Source of the DNA: Hyphomonas sp. | Lineage (GTDB): Bacteria; Pseudomonadota; Alphaproteobacteria; Caulobacterales; Hyphomonadaceae | NCBI GenBank assembly: GCA_041398365.1 | Contig: JAWKUV010000011.1 | Span: forward strand, 18,626-82,625 | Reading direction: 5' to 3' | DNA: 64,000 nucleotides | Shown here: in pieces, positions 55,084-64,000 of the stretch | Numbering within the stretch: the first letter of the stretch is position 1 | How the letters are laid out: each line of letters opens with the position of its first letter | Translations under genes and position numbers: made by a program | Notes under the pieces: generated by a model | What the model saw: the letters and a program-made list of their open reading frames with translations, nothing else | What the model was told of the DNA's origin: nothing | Database searches by the model: none

Positions 55084-55419
55084 ATGAGCATCGCAGTCAG
55101 TTTTCGGGGACGGTCTGGCAAGGCATGGGACTTCCAGCGTGTTCCAAAGGATGCTCCCTGGGCGCGCAGCCCGGGAGCCGTCATTTTCGCCGCGCCCGAT
55201 TCCTATGGCTGGCGCATTATCCGGGTGATGGAGCTCACCGGCCGGCCGCACGACCTGCAGCCGATCTGGGCGCTCGCAGAGGCTGAACGCTATGGCGCCT
55301 CGGCCGTGTTCCTGGCCCTCGAATTCGACGCCCGTGAACGCAAGCGCATGATTGCCGACATCGAGGAAGGCTTCAGCCCCGTCTGCCTCGGCGCCCGGGA
55401 CACCCAGCTCGCTGCCTGA
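55078..55419 (+). CDS. Hypothetical protein, putatively SOS-regulated, possible degenerate GIY-YIG fold
   Basis: ORF with GGAG RBS and host-like codon usage; fold assignment is inference. Confidence 0.7.
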   Translation: MNMSIAVSFRGRSGKAWDFQRVPKDAPWARSPGAVIFAAPDSYGWRIIRVMELTGRPHDLQPIWALAEAERYGASAVFLALEFDARERKRMIADIEEGFSPVCLGARDTQLAA

Positions 55420-55425
55420 AGCCGC

Positions 55426-57306
55426 TCAGTCCGGAATCTTCGCAGTGTACCAGCGCTCGACATCCTTCTCGAGGATCGACAGGGGGCGCGGGCCGCCGGT
55501 GAGGATCGTGTCGTGGAATTCCACGAAATCGAAGTCGGGGCCGAGCACGCGCTCGGCCCTTTCTCTGAGATCCAGCATCTGCTTGCGGCCGATCCAGTAG
55601 GCTGCCGCCTGTCCCGGCCAGACTGTGTAGCGGTCGATTTCCTGCGCTAGCTGGCTTTCCGGCTGGCCGGTGACCGAAACGAGGTAGTCGATCGCTTCCT
55701 GCCGGCTCCAGTGCATGCGGTGGATGCCCGTATCGGCGACCAGCCGCGCCGCCCGGAACAGGAGCGACTGGAGATAGCCGATCCGGGACAGCGGATCGTC
55801 ACGGTATAGTCCGATATCGTCGGCCAGAGTCTCGGCATAGACGCCCCAGCCCTCGCCATAGGCGACGTTCCAGATCATCTGCCGGATCAGCGGCAGGCGG
55901 GCTTTTTCCGCCGTCAGCGCGCTTTCGAGGTGATGGCCGGGCACCGTCTCGTGGAACACCAGTGTCGCCAGCGTGAAGGCCGGCCAGTCGGTCATGTCGG
56001 ACAGGTTGATCTCGAACAGGCCCGGCGCCGATCCGTCCGCCGGCGCGGCGGAATAGAAGGCCGCCGGTGCGGTCGCTTCGAGGAAATCCGGCACCGCGCG
56101 CAGGGCGACCCTCGTACGCACCGTTTCCGACACGATGCGGGGCAGGGCGGCTTCGGCCCGGTCCAGATGCGCCTGCATCGCGGCGAGCAGGGCGGCATGT
56201 CCCTCCGGTGTCGGCGGAAAGATCTGCCCCGGTTCGCGGGCCAGGATCTGCAGGCGCTCGGCCGCGCTCCCTTCGATGAGACCGGCCTCGAACAAGGCAA
56301 GTTCGAGTTCCGCGGTCAGGCGCTGCACCTCGCTGAGGCCGAGCTTGTGCAGCTCGCCCGCATCGGTGCCCTGGTTAGTGTAGGCAGCAAGCGCCGCGTC
56401 GTAATAGGCGTCGCCTCCCGGCTGTTGCCAGACGCCCGGTTGGGCCGGTGCAGTCTCCCGCAGACGCGCAAAATCCTCGGCAAGTCGCTGGTACGCGGGC
56501 AGGATCTCGTTCGCCACGATCTGCCTGGCCTTGGCCAGAAGTGCCGTTTCCTCCTCCAGCGACAGGTCTTCCGGTCCGGCCAGCTGGCTTTCCAGCGTGG
56601 TGACCAGAACGTGCGTGTCGACGGGCATGTCGGCGAATTTCAGTGCGGCCTCGGTCATTCGGTCGAGGATGAAATCCGGCGGCAGGATGCCGGCCTTCGC
56701 GTCCGCATCGAGGCGGCGCCGTTCATCGTCCATCGCGTCTGCGAACTGGGCCAGGCGGTCCACATAGGCGCGTGCCTCGGCCGATGTGCGGACCGGATGC
56801 GACCGCGTCAGCAGATCCGGTACGTCGATATAGGCCCCGCGCATATGGTCCATAACATAGGGGTATGAGACGCCGAGACCCGTTTGGCCGTGGCCCGAGA
56901 CGAACAGGCTTTCGGCAGTTTCATAGGCTGCGGTGACCGTGTCGAGATGACGGGCCTGCGGACTGCCTGCCGCTGGGCGAGGCGTCGCGGCCAGAGCTTC
57001 GAGAATTTCCAGCCGCTTTACCCGGCGCCGCTCATAGGCGGCCTGCGACCTGTCCGTCAGGTAGCGGTTGAACGGGTAGCCGACCGCCTCCTCGGTAAGG
57101 CCGAGCCGTGTGGCGAGTTCCGGATCGGCCGCCAGCTCCGTCAGGGCGATGGACTGCAGCGTCTGGTCCACCTGCCGGGCGATACGGCGAGGGGTGCCGG
57201 CATCGTCGACCTGAGGGCCACAGGCGGCCACAGCTGCGCCGGCTGCAAGCCCCGCCAGGACGGTGCGGCGTCGGATGAGAAATTGCGCGTCAGACAAGGA
57301 TTTCAT
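55426..57306 (-). CDS. DUF885 family lipoprotein
   Basis: Tat-like RRTVL plus lipobox; HETVPGHHL, EGWGVYAE, RAARLVADTGIH, WPGQAAAY. Confidence 0.9.
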   Translation of the reverse strand: MKSLSDAQFLIRRRTVLAGLAAGAAVAACGPQVDDAGTPRRIARQVDQTLQSIALTELAADPELATRLGLTEEAVGYPFNRYLTDRSQAAYERRRVKRLEILEALAATPRPAAGSPQARHLDTVTAAYETAESLFVSGHGQTGLGVSYPYVMDHMRGAYIDVPDLLTRSHPVRTSAEARAYVDRLAQFADAMDDERRRLDADAKAGILPPDFILDRMTEAALKFADMPVDTHVLVTTLESQLAGPEDLSLEEETALLAKARQIVANEILPAYQRLAEDFARLRETAPAQPGVWQQPGGDAYYDAALAAYTNQGTDAGELHKLGLSEVQRLTAELELALFEAGLIEGSAAERLQILAREPGQIFPPTPEGHAALLAAMQAHLDRAEAALPRIVSETVRTRVALRAVPDFLEATAPAAFYSAAPADGSAPGLFEINLSDMTDWPAFTLATLVFHETVPGHHLESALTAEKARLPLIRQMIWNVAYGEGWGVYAETLADDIGLYRDDPLSRIGYLQSLLFRAARLVADTGIHRMHWSRQEAIDYLVSVTGQPESQLAQEIDRYTVWPGQAAAYWIGRKQMLDLRERAERVLGPDFDFVEFHDTILTGGPRPLSILEKDVERWYTAKIPD

Positions 57307-57416
57307 GACAGTTTTTTCACTCGGAACTCATTGCAGTTCACGCCGGTTCGGGTGTTGTGGCCAGCCTTTATTTCCGGTAGGCAAACGCCCAATTATTCCA
57401 GATCGGAGAGACAAGA

Positions 57417-58208
57417 GTGAACACGACTCCCGCAGCCGGCCAGCCCGCTCTCTCGGGCCAGGTCCTTTTCTACAAGCAGCCGCAGCCGTTGTCTCCGGAA
57501 GACCATGGCGGTCTCGGCGTCAAGCAGATCGACCAGCCGTTCGGTTTCATGCGTGAAGCCCATGCCATCCCGGTCACTGTGACCGAGTTCGGCCTGTGCG
57601 CCGGTTCCTTCCCGGTTATCTTTGTCGGCGACGAGCGTACGCCGGTTGCTGTCATGGGCATCCGTTCGGGCCAGAACCTGTTCGTGAACGCCGACGGCCG
57701 CGTGGGCGAGGATTTCTACATCCCGGCTTTCGCACGCCGTTACCCGTTCGTGTTCGCAGCCGATGAGAATTCCGATCGTCTGATCCTCTGCGTCGACCGC
57801 CAGGCCCCGATGGTCACCAACCAGCCGGAAGTGGCGTTCTTCGAGAACGGCGCCCCGTCGCAGTTCACCAATGATGCCATCGAGTTCTGCAAGGAATTCG
57901 AGCGTCAGCGCCGCGCCACGGGCGACTTCGTCAAGATGATGCGCGACCTGAACCTGTTCGAGCAGAAGACGGTGACCTTCCAGCCGCGCGATCAGCGGGG
58001 CAACGACACCGGCCCGGTCCAGAAGATCGCCGAGTACTGGGCGATTTCGGAAGAGCGGTTCAACCAGCTGCCGGTCGAGAAATTCCTTGAGCTGAAGGCA
58101 AACGGTGCAATCGGGGCTGTCTATGCACACCTCGTTTCGCTGCTGAACTGGCAGCGCATCGTTCAGCGCGGCATGCGTACGCCGCCGCCGGGCACACCGA
58201 TGGCATAA
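57417..58208 (+). CDS. SapC family protein
   Basis: EFGLCAGSFPVIF, NLFV, YIPAFARRYPF, YAHLVSL. Confidence 0.88.
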   Translation: MNTTPAAGQPALSGQVLFYKQPQPLSPEDHGGLGVKQIDQPFGFMREAHAIPVTVTEFGLCAGSFPVIFVGDERTPVAVMGIRSGQNLFVNADGRVGEDFYIPAFARRYPFVFAADENSDRLILCVDRQAPMVTNQPEVAFFENGAPSQFTNDAIEFCKEFERQRRATGDFVKMMRDLNLFEQKTVTFQPRDQRGNDTGPVQKIAEYWAISEERFNQLPVEKFLELKANGAIGAVYAHLVSLLNWQRIVQRGMRTPPPGTPMA

Positions 58209-58223
58209 TGCCACACAGGATAG

Positions 58224-58250
58224 AGGCGGCTCCCCGGAGCCGCCTTTTTT
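58224..58250 (+). terminator. Intrinsic terminator after the SapC-family gene
   Basis: AGGCGGCTCC-CC-GGAGCCGCCT followed by a T run. Confidence 0.8.
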
Positions 58251-58367
58251 CTTGGATTTTCCGGGATTTCCTTTGTCTCGCGCTGCCATCACGCTTGCGC
58301 GAGGCCCTTCTTTGTCCGGGGTTTTCCGGGCATATGAGCCGGAACGCCACAATCCCGGACCTGCCTG

Positions 58368-60464
58368 ATGAAGTTCACCGCCCGTTTCGCCTCAGCTTTC
58401 GCGGCTGTTTTCTCCCTGGTTCTGCCCGCGGCGGCCCAGGCGGTCGACGGCGGTCATGCGCGGGTGGAGCTGATTTCCGAGCGCAACGCTGCCCTGCCGG
58501 GCGAGACTGTCTATGCGGCCCTCAAAATGGACCTCGACCGCGGCTGGCATGTCTACTGGTTGAACGCTGGCGATGCGGGCTTGCCGCCACAAGTCCTGGT
58601 CCAGCCGGGCAGCGATATTCCGGCAAGGGCCGTTGGCGAGATCGTCTGGCCGTTGCCGAAACTGCTTCCGGTCGTTGAAGGCGAGATCATGGATTATGGC
58701 TATGACGACCGGGTCGTCCTGCCATTCCCGATCACCATTCCCAAGGACGCCATGGGTCCGGTCACGCTGGATGTCCTGGCTGACTATCTCATCTGCGAGG
58801 ATACGTGCGTGCCGGAAACCGCGCACGTCACCCTGACGCTGGAGACCGACCAGGCCGATGCCAATGTGCGCAATGGCGACCTGATCTCGAAATGGATTTC
58901 CGATAGCCATGTACCGTTCCCGGGTGAGGCACGGGTGCTGAAGAAGAACACCGACTGGACGCTCAGCCTCCGCATGGATGGCGGCTTCGGCAAGGTCAGT
59001 TCGATCCGCTTCTTCCCCTTCGGTCACGAAATCCTGCACCCGGCCGCCCAGCCGGCCGAGCTTGGCCGCCATGGCGCGACCCTCGAACTGCAGGCGTCCG
59101 AGCCCTCCAATGTCAGCAAGCCGCTGAAAGGCGTGGTCGTCATCGAGACCGAAGACGGACAACGCACCGGCTACGAGATCAGTGCCGTCGAGGGCAGCCC
59201 GCTTGCCGATACGTCCGGCCTCGGACCGGTCGGTGCCGCCCGTCTCGGCATGGAAGTGTCTCCCTTTCGCCTCGCGTTCCTCGCACTGATCGGCGGCCTG
59301 ATCCTGAACCTCATGCCCTGCGTGCTGCCGGTATTGTCCATGAAAGCCTTCGGTATGGTTTCGGCCGTATCCGGCGGCAAGGCTGGCGAAGTGCGCCGCC
59401 ATGGCATCTGGTACACGGCCGGCGTCCTCGTCTCCTTTGCGGCGCTTGCCGCGATCATTGTGGCGGTGCGCGCCGCGACCGGACCGACGACGCTCGGCTT
59501 CCAGCTCCAGCATGCGCCCACGGTTGCCGTCCTGTCGCTCGTCATGTTCGCAACCGGCCTCTGGCTGATGGGCCTGTTCGAGCTGGGAACCTCGCTTCAG
59601 AACCTGGGGTCGGGACTGGCCAACAGGGAAGGGGATGCAGGCGCCTTCTTCACCGGCGTTCTGGCCGCTGTGGTTGGTGCGCCCTGTGTCGGGCCCTTCC
59701 TTGGGGCGGGTCTTGGCGCGGTGATGGGACACTCGGCACCGGTCATTTTCGCCTTCTTCCTGATGATGGGCCTCGGACTGGCGCTGCCCTTCCTGGTGCT
59801 GAGCTTCGTACCCGGCCTGCACCGTCTTCTACCCCGGCCGGGCAAGTGGATGGACACGCTGAAACAGTTCCTGGCGTTCCCGATGTTCCTCACGGCGGCC
59901 TGGTTGCTGAAGGTCCTGGGCGATCTTGCCGGTTCCGGTGCGGTCGCGTGGACGGCGGCGGGGGCTGTCGTGCTCGCCTTTGCCGCCTGGCTCTGGAAGC
60001 GTGAGGGCCGCCTGCCGCGCGTGTTCGCCGTGATCGCCCTTGCCGCCGCGACCGTCGGCGTGGCCGAACGCGCCATGGCGCCTACACCGCCGATCGGTGC
60101 GTCCAGCGCCTACGCGGCGAAGTACGAAGCCGAGCCGTGGAGCGCCTCGCGCGTCCAGCAGCTCGTCGCGGAGGGGCGACCGGTCTTCATCGACTTCACG
60201 GCCAGCTGGTGTGCGACCTGTCAGGTCAACAAGGCGACGACGCTCAAGTCGAAAGCCGTGCATGACTTCTTCTCCGCAAACAATGTTGCCTTCCTGGTCG
60301 CGGACTTCACCCGCAAGGACCCCGCCATCGCAGCAGAACTCGCCCGCCACCAGCGTGCGGGCGTGCCGATGTACCTCTGGTATGCTCCCGGTGTCTCCGA
60401 GCCGCAGGTCCTGCCGGAAATCCTCAGTCAGGGTCTTGTCACAAGTCTTCCGCTGGAGCCTTGA
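58368..60464 (+). CDS. dsbD: DsbD family protein-disulfide reductase
   Basis: CEDTC, MPCVLP, APCVGP, WCATC. Confidence 0.88.
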   Translation: MKFTARFASAFAAVFSLVLPAAAQAVDGGHARVELISERNAALPGETVYAALKMDLDRGWHVYWLNAGDAGLPPQVLVQPGSDIPARAVGEIVWPLPKLLPVVEGEIMDYGYDDRVVLPFPITIPKDAMGPVTLDVLADYLICEDTCVPETAHVTLTLETDQADANVRNGDLISKWISDSHVPFPGEARVLKKNTDWTLSLRMDGGFGKVSSIRFFPFGHEILHPAAQPAELGRHGATLELQASEPSNVSKPLKGVVVIETEDGQRTGYEISAVEGSPLADTSGLGPVGAARLGMEVSPFRLAFLALIGGLILNLMPCVLPVLSMKAFGMVSAVSGGKAGEVRRHGIWYTAGVLVSFAALAAIIVAVRAATGPTTLGFQLQHAPTVAVLSLVMFATGLWLMGLFELGTSLQNLGSGLANREGDAGAFFTGVLAAVVGAPCVGPFLGAGLGAVMGHSAPVIFAFFLMMGLGLALPFLVLSFVPGLHRLLPRPGKWMDTLKQFLAFPMFLTAAWLLKVLGDLAGSGAVAWTAAGAVVLAFAAWLWKREGRLPRVFAVIALAAATVGVAERAMAPTPPIGASSAYAAKYEAEPWSASRVQQLVAEGRPVFIDFTASWCATCQVNKATTLKSKAVHDFFSANNVAFLVADFTRKDPAIAAELARHQRAGVPMYLWYAPGVSEPQVLPEILSQGLVTSLPLEP

Positions 60465-60543
60465 GATTTCCGCGCGCGGAACAACATAGGCAGGCACAAA
60501 GCGTAGCGGGCAGAAGCGTCCGGACAGCGGAGGAGGGAAGCCC

Positions 60544-61194
60544 GTGAACATCAACCGACGCAACCTGTCGCTGGCTGCGGGCATGGCCGCCGCTGTGGCG
60601 CTGACCGCGGGCGCCCTGATCGCGTCCACCGCCCGTGCCGATTCCGGCCTTGCCGCGGGCCGGCCTGCGCCGGCCTTCACGGCCATTGCGGCCAATGGCG
60701 AGACCGTGTCGCTCGCTGATTTCGAGGGCCGGACAGTCGTACTGGAGTGGACGAATGATGGCTGTCCCTTCGTGCGGAAGCATTACGCCCAGCCACCCGG
60801 CAACATGCAGGGGCTGCAGGCCGCCGCTGCCGCCGACGACGCCGTCTGGCTGACCGTGATTTCCTCGGCCCCCGGCCAGCAGGGATATGCCGACGCCGCA
60901 CGTGCCAATGAACTGACCACCACGCGGGATGCGGCGCCCACCCATGTCCTGCTCGATCCGGATGGCACGCTCGGCCGCCTCTACAAGGCGAAAACGACCC
61001 CTCACATGTTCATCATTGGCCCGGACGGCGCGCTCGCCTACCAGGGGGCCGTCGACTCGACCGCCTCTGCCAATATTGCCGATATCGCGACGGCGACCAA
61101 CTATGTCCGCGATGCGTTGGGCAGCCTTGCCGCCGGTCAGCCCGTCTCCGTGAAATCCACCCGGCCCTATGGCTGTTCGGTGAAGTACGGCTAA
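60544..61194 (+). CDS. Exported redoxin (AhpC/TSA-like)
   Basis: VVLEWTNDGCPFVRKHY, AKTTPHMF, YGCSVKY. Confidence 0.88.
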   Translation: MNINRRNLSLAAGMAAAVALTAGALIASTARADSGLAAGRPAPAFTAIAANGETVSLADFEGRTVVLEWTNDGCPFVRKHYAQPPGNMQGLQAAAAADDAVWLTVISSAPGQQGYADAARANELTTTRDAAPTHVLLDPDGTLGRLYKAKTTPHMFIIGPDGALAYQGAVDSTASANIADIATATNYVRDALGSLAAGQPVSVKSTRPYGCSVKYG

Positions 61195-61244
61195 CCGCAA
61201 AGCATGCTTGATCCGTTGCCCGGCCCGCCCTAAAGCCGCGCGTC

Positions 61245-61736
61245 ATGCTTGAGATCGTACCCGAAACGCCAGAACTCCACGCCGAAGCGATCGAAGACCT
61301 CTTCGACCGTACGTTCGGCCCGGGTCACTTTGCCAAGACGGCTGAGCGGCTGCGCGAATTCTCGCATTCGTTGCCGGAGATCAACCGGGTCGCCGTGCTG
61401 GACGGGCAGGTGATCGCGGTCTGCCGCGTGTGGCCGCTGGTCGTTGGGCCCGCGCGGGACCGGGCCCTGTTCTACGGTCCGGTCGCCGTTGCGCCCTCGC
61501 ACCGGGGCAGCCGCCTCGGCCTCACGGTCACCGGGGAAGCGCTGGAAGCCGGCAGGGCAGCCGGCTGGCCCGCCGCCATCCTGATCGGCGCCCCCAAATA
61601 TTTCGGCGAGATCGGCTTTGTCGTGACCCCGAAGAACCAGCTCCTTTTCCCGGGCCCGCAGGATCAGGCCCGCGTCATGGTGCGCGACCTTGCAGGCGAC
61701 GCGAGCAGGCTGTCCGGCCTCGTGACGGCGCCCTAG
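61245..61736 (+). CDS. GNAT family N-acetyltransferase
   Basis: FGPGHFAKTAERLRE, GPVAVAPSHRGSRLG, GAPKYF. Confidence 0.85.
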   Translation: MLEIVPETPELHAEAIEDLFDRTFGPGHFAKTAERLREFSHSLPEINRVAVLDGQVIAVCRVWPLVVGPARDRALFYGPVAVAPSHRGSRLGLTVTGEALEAGRAAGWPAAILIGAPKYFGEIGFVVTPKNQLLFPGPQDQARVMVRDLAGDASRLSGLVTAP

Positions 61737-62125
61737 GCCACTGCGTACCAGACGCAGGCTCCGGCCGTCACCAGCATCACGATCAGGCTGATCAGCGTGC
61801 CAAACATGCGGCCCGGACTGCCGCCGGAAGACCCGCCGAGCCCGATGGCGTGCAGCACACGGCCCACCAGGAAGCTCGCCCCCAGGATGTGGATCAGCAG
61901 GGCAGGGGCCGCCAGCGCGCCAAGGCCGATCAGGCCAAGCAGCACCACCGGCACATCCTCCACCGCATTGCCCTGCACGCGCAGGGCCCGCTGCATCGGC
62001 TCATTGCCGCCATCGCCGAAGCCAATTTTCTCGCGCGTCCGCACTCGCCCGACATTGCCCTTCAGCACCAGCATCAGCAGGCAGAACAGGCCCGCATAAA
62101 GCACGGCCGCTTGCATGGATGTCAT
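61733..62125 (-). CDS. MAPEG family membrane protein
   Basis: GDGG...RVQGNAVE, GRVLHAIG. Confidence 0.88.
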   Translation of the reverse strand: MTSMQAAVLYAGLFCLLMLVLKGNVGRVRTREKIGFGDGGNEPMQRALRVQGNAVEDVPVVLLGLIGLGALAAPALLIHILGASFLVGRVLHAIGLGGSSGGSPGRMFGTLISLIVMLVTAGACVWYAVA

Positions 62126-62257
62126 TTCGTTATTCCTCCCATTGATTGGCGGACCTTAGCGTGCCTCCGGTGCGACGGGAACCGCTCTCACAATTGTGCT
62201 TGGACGCGGGCGGGATGTGATTGGCCGGGCGCGCGGCGGGCCCGCTAGACCCGCAGG

Positions 62258-63184
62258 ATGGACCTGCTCGACGAAATCCTGAACACGCTTGCCCTCAAGG
62301 GGGCGCTCTATTTCCGGACCGACTTTGGTGCGCCCTGGAGCGTGACCGTGCCGGACCTGCCGCAAGCAGCGCGGTTCCACCTGGTTGTTCAGGGCGAATG
62401 CCATGTCATGTTTCCCTCTGGCGACCGGATACGCCTCGGGCCGGGCGATCTGGTCCTCGTGCCCGGCGGGCGCAGCCATATCCTGTCCGACCGGCCGGTG
62501 ACCGGCGCCCCGCCGCTGGAACGCGTTCTGGAAGCGGCCGGGTATGACGGCCGCGGCGTGCTGGTCGTGGGGCAGGGCGACGATTCAGCGCCGACCCAGA
62601 TGGTATGCGGGCATTTCTCCTTCCGTCAGGGAGCGGACCATCCGCTGATCGGCGCGCTGCCAGACCATATGGTGCTCACCGCGTCAGGCCGGGCAAAGTC
62701 ACCCTGGCTGGACGAGATCCTTCGCCTCGTCGTGCAACGCATCTTCCGCGATCCGTTCGGCTCGGCCGCCTCCGTCACGCGCCTGTCGGAGATTGCATTC
62801 ATCGAACTCCTGCGCGCGGGCATCGGCGATGGCTCACGTCTCGACACGGTGCTGGAAGCCTTCCGCGATCCACAGATCGGCCGTTCGCTGGAACTGATCC
62901 ATACGCGCCCCGGCGCGCCGTGGACGGTGGAGCGGCTGGCGCAGGAAGTCGGCATGTCGCGCAGCCGGTTTGCGGAGCGCTTTACCGGCCTCCTCGGCGT
63001 CGCGCCGATGGCCTATCTCTCGAACTGGCGGCTCCAGCGGGCGCTGGCCCTGCTGGAGGATGGGCGGCGCAGCGTGCAGCAGGTTTCGGCGGAGATCGGT
63101 TACCAGTCGCAGGCCGCTTTTGCGCGGGCCTTCGCGGGGAAATTCGGTGTCTCGCCCAGCGAATACCGGCGCGCAGCCGCCTGA
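62258..63184 (+). CDS. AraC family regulator (cupin_6)
   Basis: FHLVVQG, WTVERLAQEVGMSRSRFAERF, GYQSQAAFARAF. Confidence 0.93.
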   Translation: MDLLDEILNTLALKGALYFRTDFGAPWSVTVPDLPQAARFHLVVQGECHVMFPSGDRIRLGPGDLVLVPGGRSHILSDRPVTGAPPLERVLEAAGYDGRGVLVVGQGDDSAPTQMVCGHFSFRQGADHPLIGALPDHMVLTASGRAKSPWLDEILRLVVQRIFRDPFGSAASVTRLSEIAFIELLRAGIGDGSRLDTVLEAFRDPQIGRSLELIHTRPGAPWTVERLAQEVGMSRSRFAERFTGLLGVAPMAYLSNWRLQRALALLEDGRRSVQQVSAEIGYQSQAAFARAFAGKFGVSPSEYRRAAA

Positions 63185-63313
63185 AACTTTGCATACCGTC
63201 CCGATTGTTTTGCGCCAAAGCCCAATCTCTCCGGCCAATATTGATACAGGCGCCTGATCTCCGCAGATATCCGTTGTCGGACGAAACCGGCAATAAAATC
63301 CCAGGAGAAAGAC

Positions 63314-63796
63314 ATGACCAACATCTTCAAGGTGGCTGCAGCTGCCCTCATCATCACCGGCTTTGCCGGCGCAGCGCATGCGGTGGACGAAAACAACGTG
63401 GCCGCCGGCCTGACTGCTGCGGGCGCACCGCTCGGCCTGCACGGGTCCGACCCGGTCGCCCTCATCCAGCTCGGCAACCGTATCGAAGGCAGCGCCGAAT
63501 ACACCGTCGTTGAGAACGGCGTTGCCTACTATTTCGCCACCAAAGCCAACATGAACGCGTTCAAGAAGAACCCGGAAGCCTACACGCCGCAGAATGGCGG
63601 CTTCTGCACCTTCGGTGTGTCGGTCGGCAAGAAGTTCGACGGCGACCCGCAATACGCCGCCGTGCGGGACGGAAAGCTCTATGTCTTCCTCAACGAGGAC
63701 ATCTTCAGGAACTTCCAGAAGGACGAAGCCGGCACGATCGCGAAGGCCGAAAAGAACTGGCAGAAAATCCAGCACACATCTGCGACCGATCTGTAG
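63314..63796 (+). CDS. YHS domain protein
   Basis: GSDPVA, YYFATKAN, YTPQNGGFC, DGKLYVF. Confidence 0.88.
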   Translation: MTNIFKVAAAALIITGFAGAAHAVDENNVAAGLTAAGAPLGLHGSDPVALIQLGNRIEGSAEYTVVENGVAYYFATKANMNAFKKNPEAYTPQNGGFCTFGVSVGKKFDGDPQYAAVRDGKLYVFLNEDIFRNFQKDEAGTIAKAEKNWQKIQHTSATDL

Positions 63797-63807
63797 TCAG
63801 ACATTCG

Positions 63808-63835
63808 GGGCGGCGGCACAGGCTGCCGCCCTTTT
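63808..63835 (+). terminator. Probable intrinsic terminator
   Basis: GGGCGGCGGC-ACAG-GCTGCCGCCC-TTTT. Confidence 0.6.
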
Positions 63836-63856
63836 CCCATTCTTGTGAGCATACAA

Positions 63857-64000
63857 ATGAATATCATCGACCATCTGAGCGTCGGCGTTCCGGCGATTGA
63901 ACCGGCCTGCGGCTTCTATGACGCCGTTCTTGCTGCGCTGGGCGTCAGCCGCCTTGCCGCCACCGAAGGTTTCGCCGCCTATGGCGACGGCGCCGTCCAG
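63857..64000 (+). CDS. VOC family protein (partial, runs off the window)
   Basis: Hand translation MNIIDHLSVGV...FYDAVLAALG...AAYG. Confidence 0.8.
   Translation, partial: MNIIDHLSVGVPAIEPACGFYDAVLAALGVSRLAATEGFAAYGDGAVQ

Overview
High-GC alphaproteobacterial chromosome segment; gene content and order suggest Caulobacterales, probably Hyphomonadaceae (inference). Most of it is housekeeping: prs, pgeF, prmA, aminopeptidase P, recN-ligA, bamD-lpxC-ftsZ-ftsA-ftsQ-ddl, murB, secA, argJ-mutT, grxC, rpsU, dsbD. The main feature is an apparently complete casposon at 11143-25009 (13,867 bp, visibly lower GC). It carries a solo Cas1 (casposase) with no cas2 or CRISPR array, a family B DNA polymerase, an HNH protein and an HTH protein. 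It is bounded by imperfect 43-bp terminal inverted repeats starting GGGGATAAAGC and an exact 15-bp target-site duplication (CCCGTTTGGCGGGGG). The target is a palindromic hairpin between two convergent host genes. Its cargo looks defensive: a NERD-SF1 helicase, a GmrSD-like DUF262 protein, an MmeI-like type IIL restriction-modification enzyme and a Schlafen/AlbA_2 protein. Other notable signals are two tandem units at 8567-9193, each a covarying hairpin followed by a small Arg-rich ORF ending RWARRxxHA; an uncharacterised gene with several LexA boxes (55033-55419); and several broken genes (recN frameshift, comF internal deletion, truncated DUF1330 and P-loop kinase).
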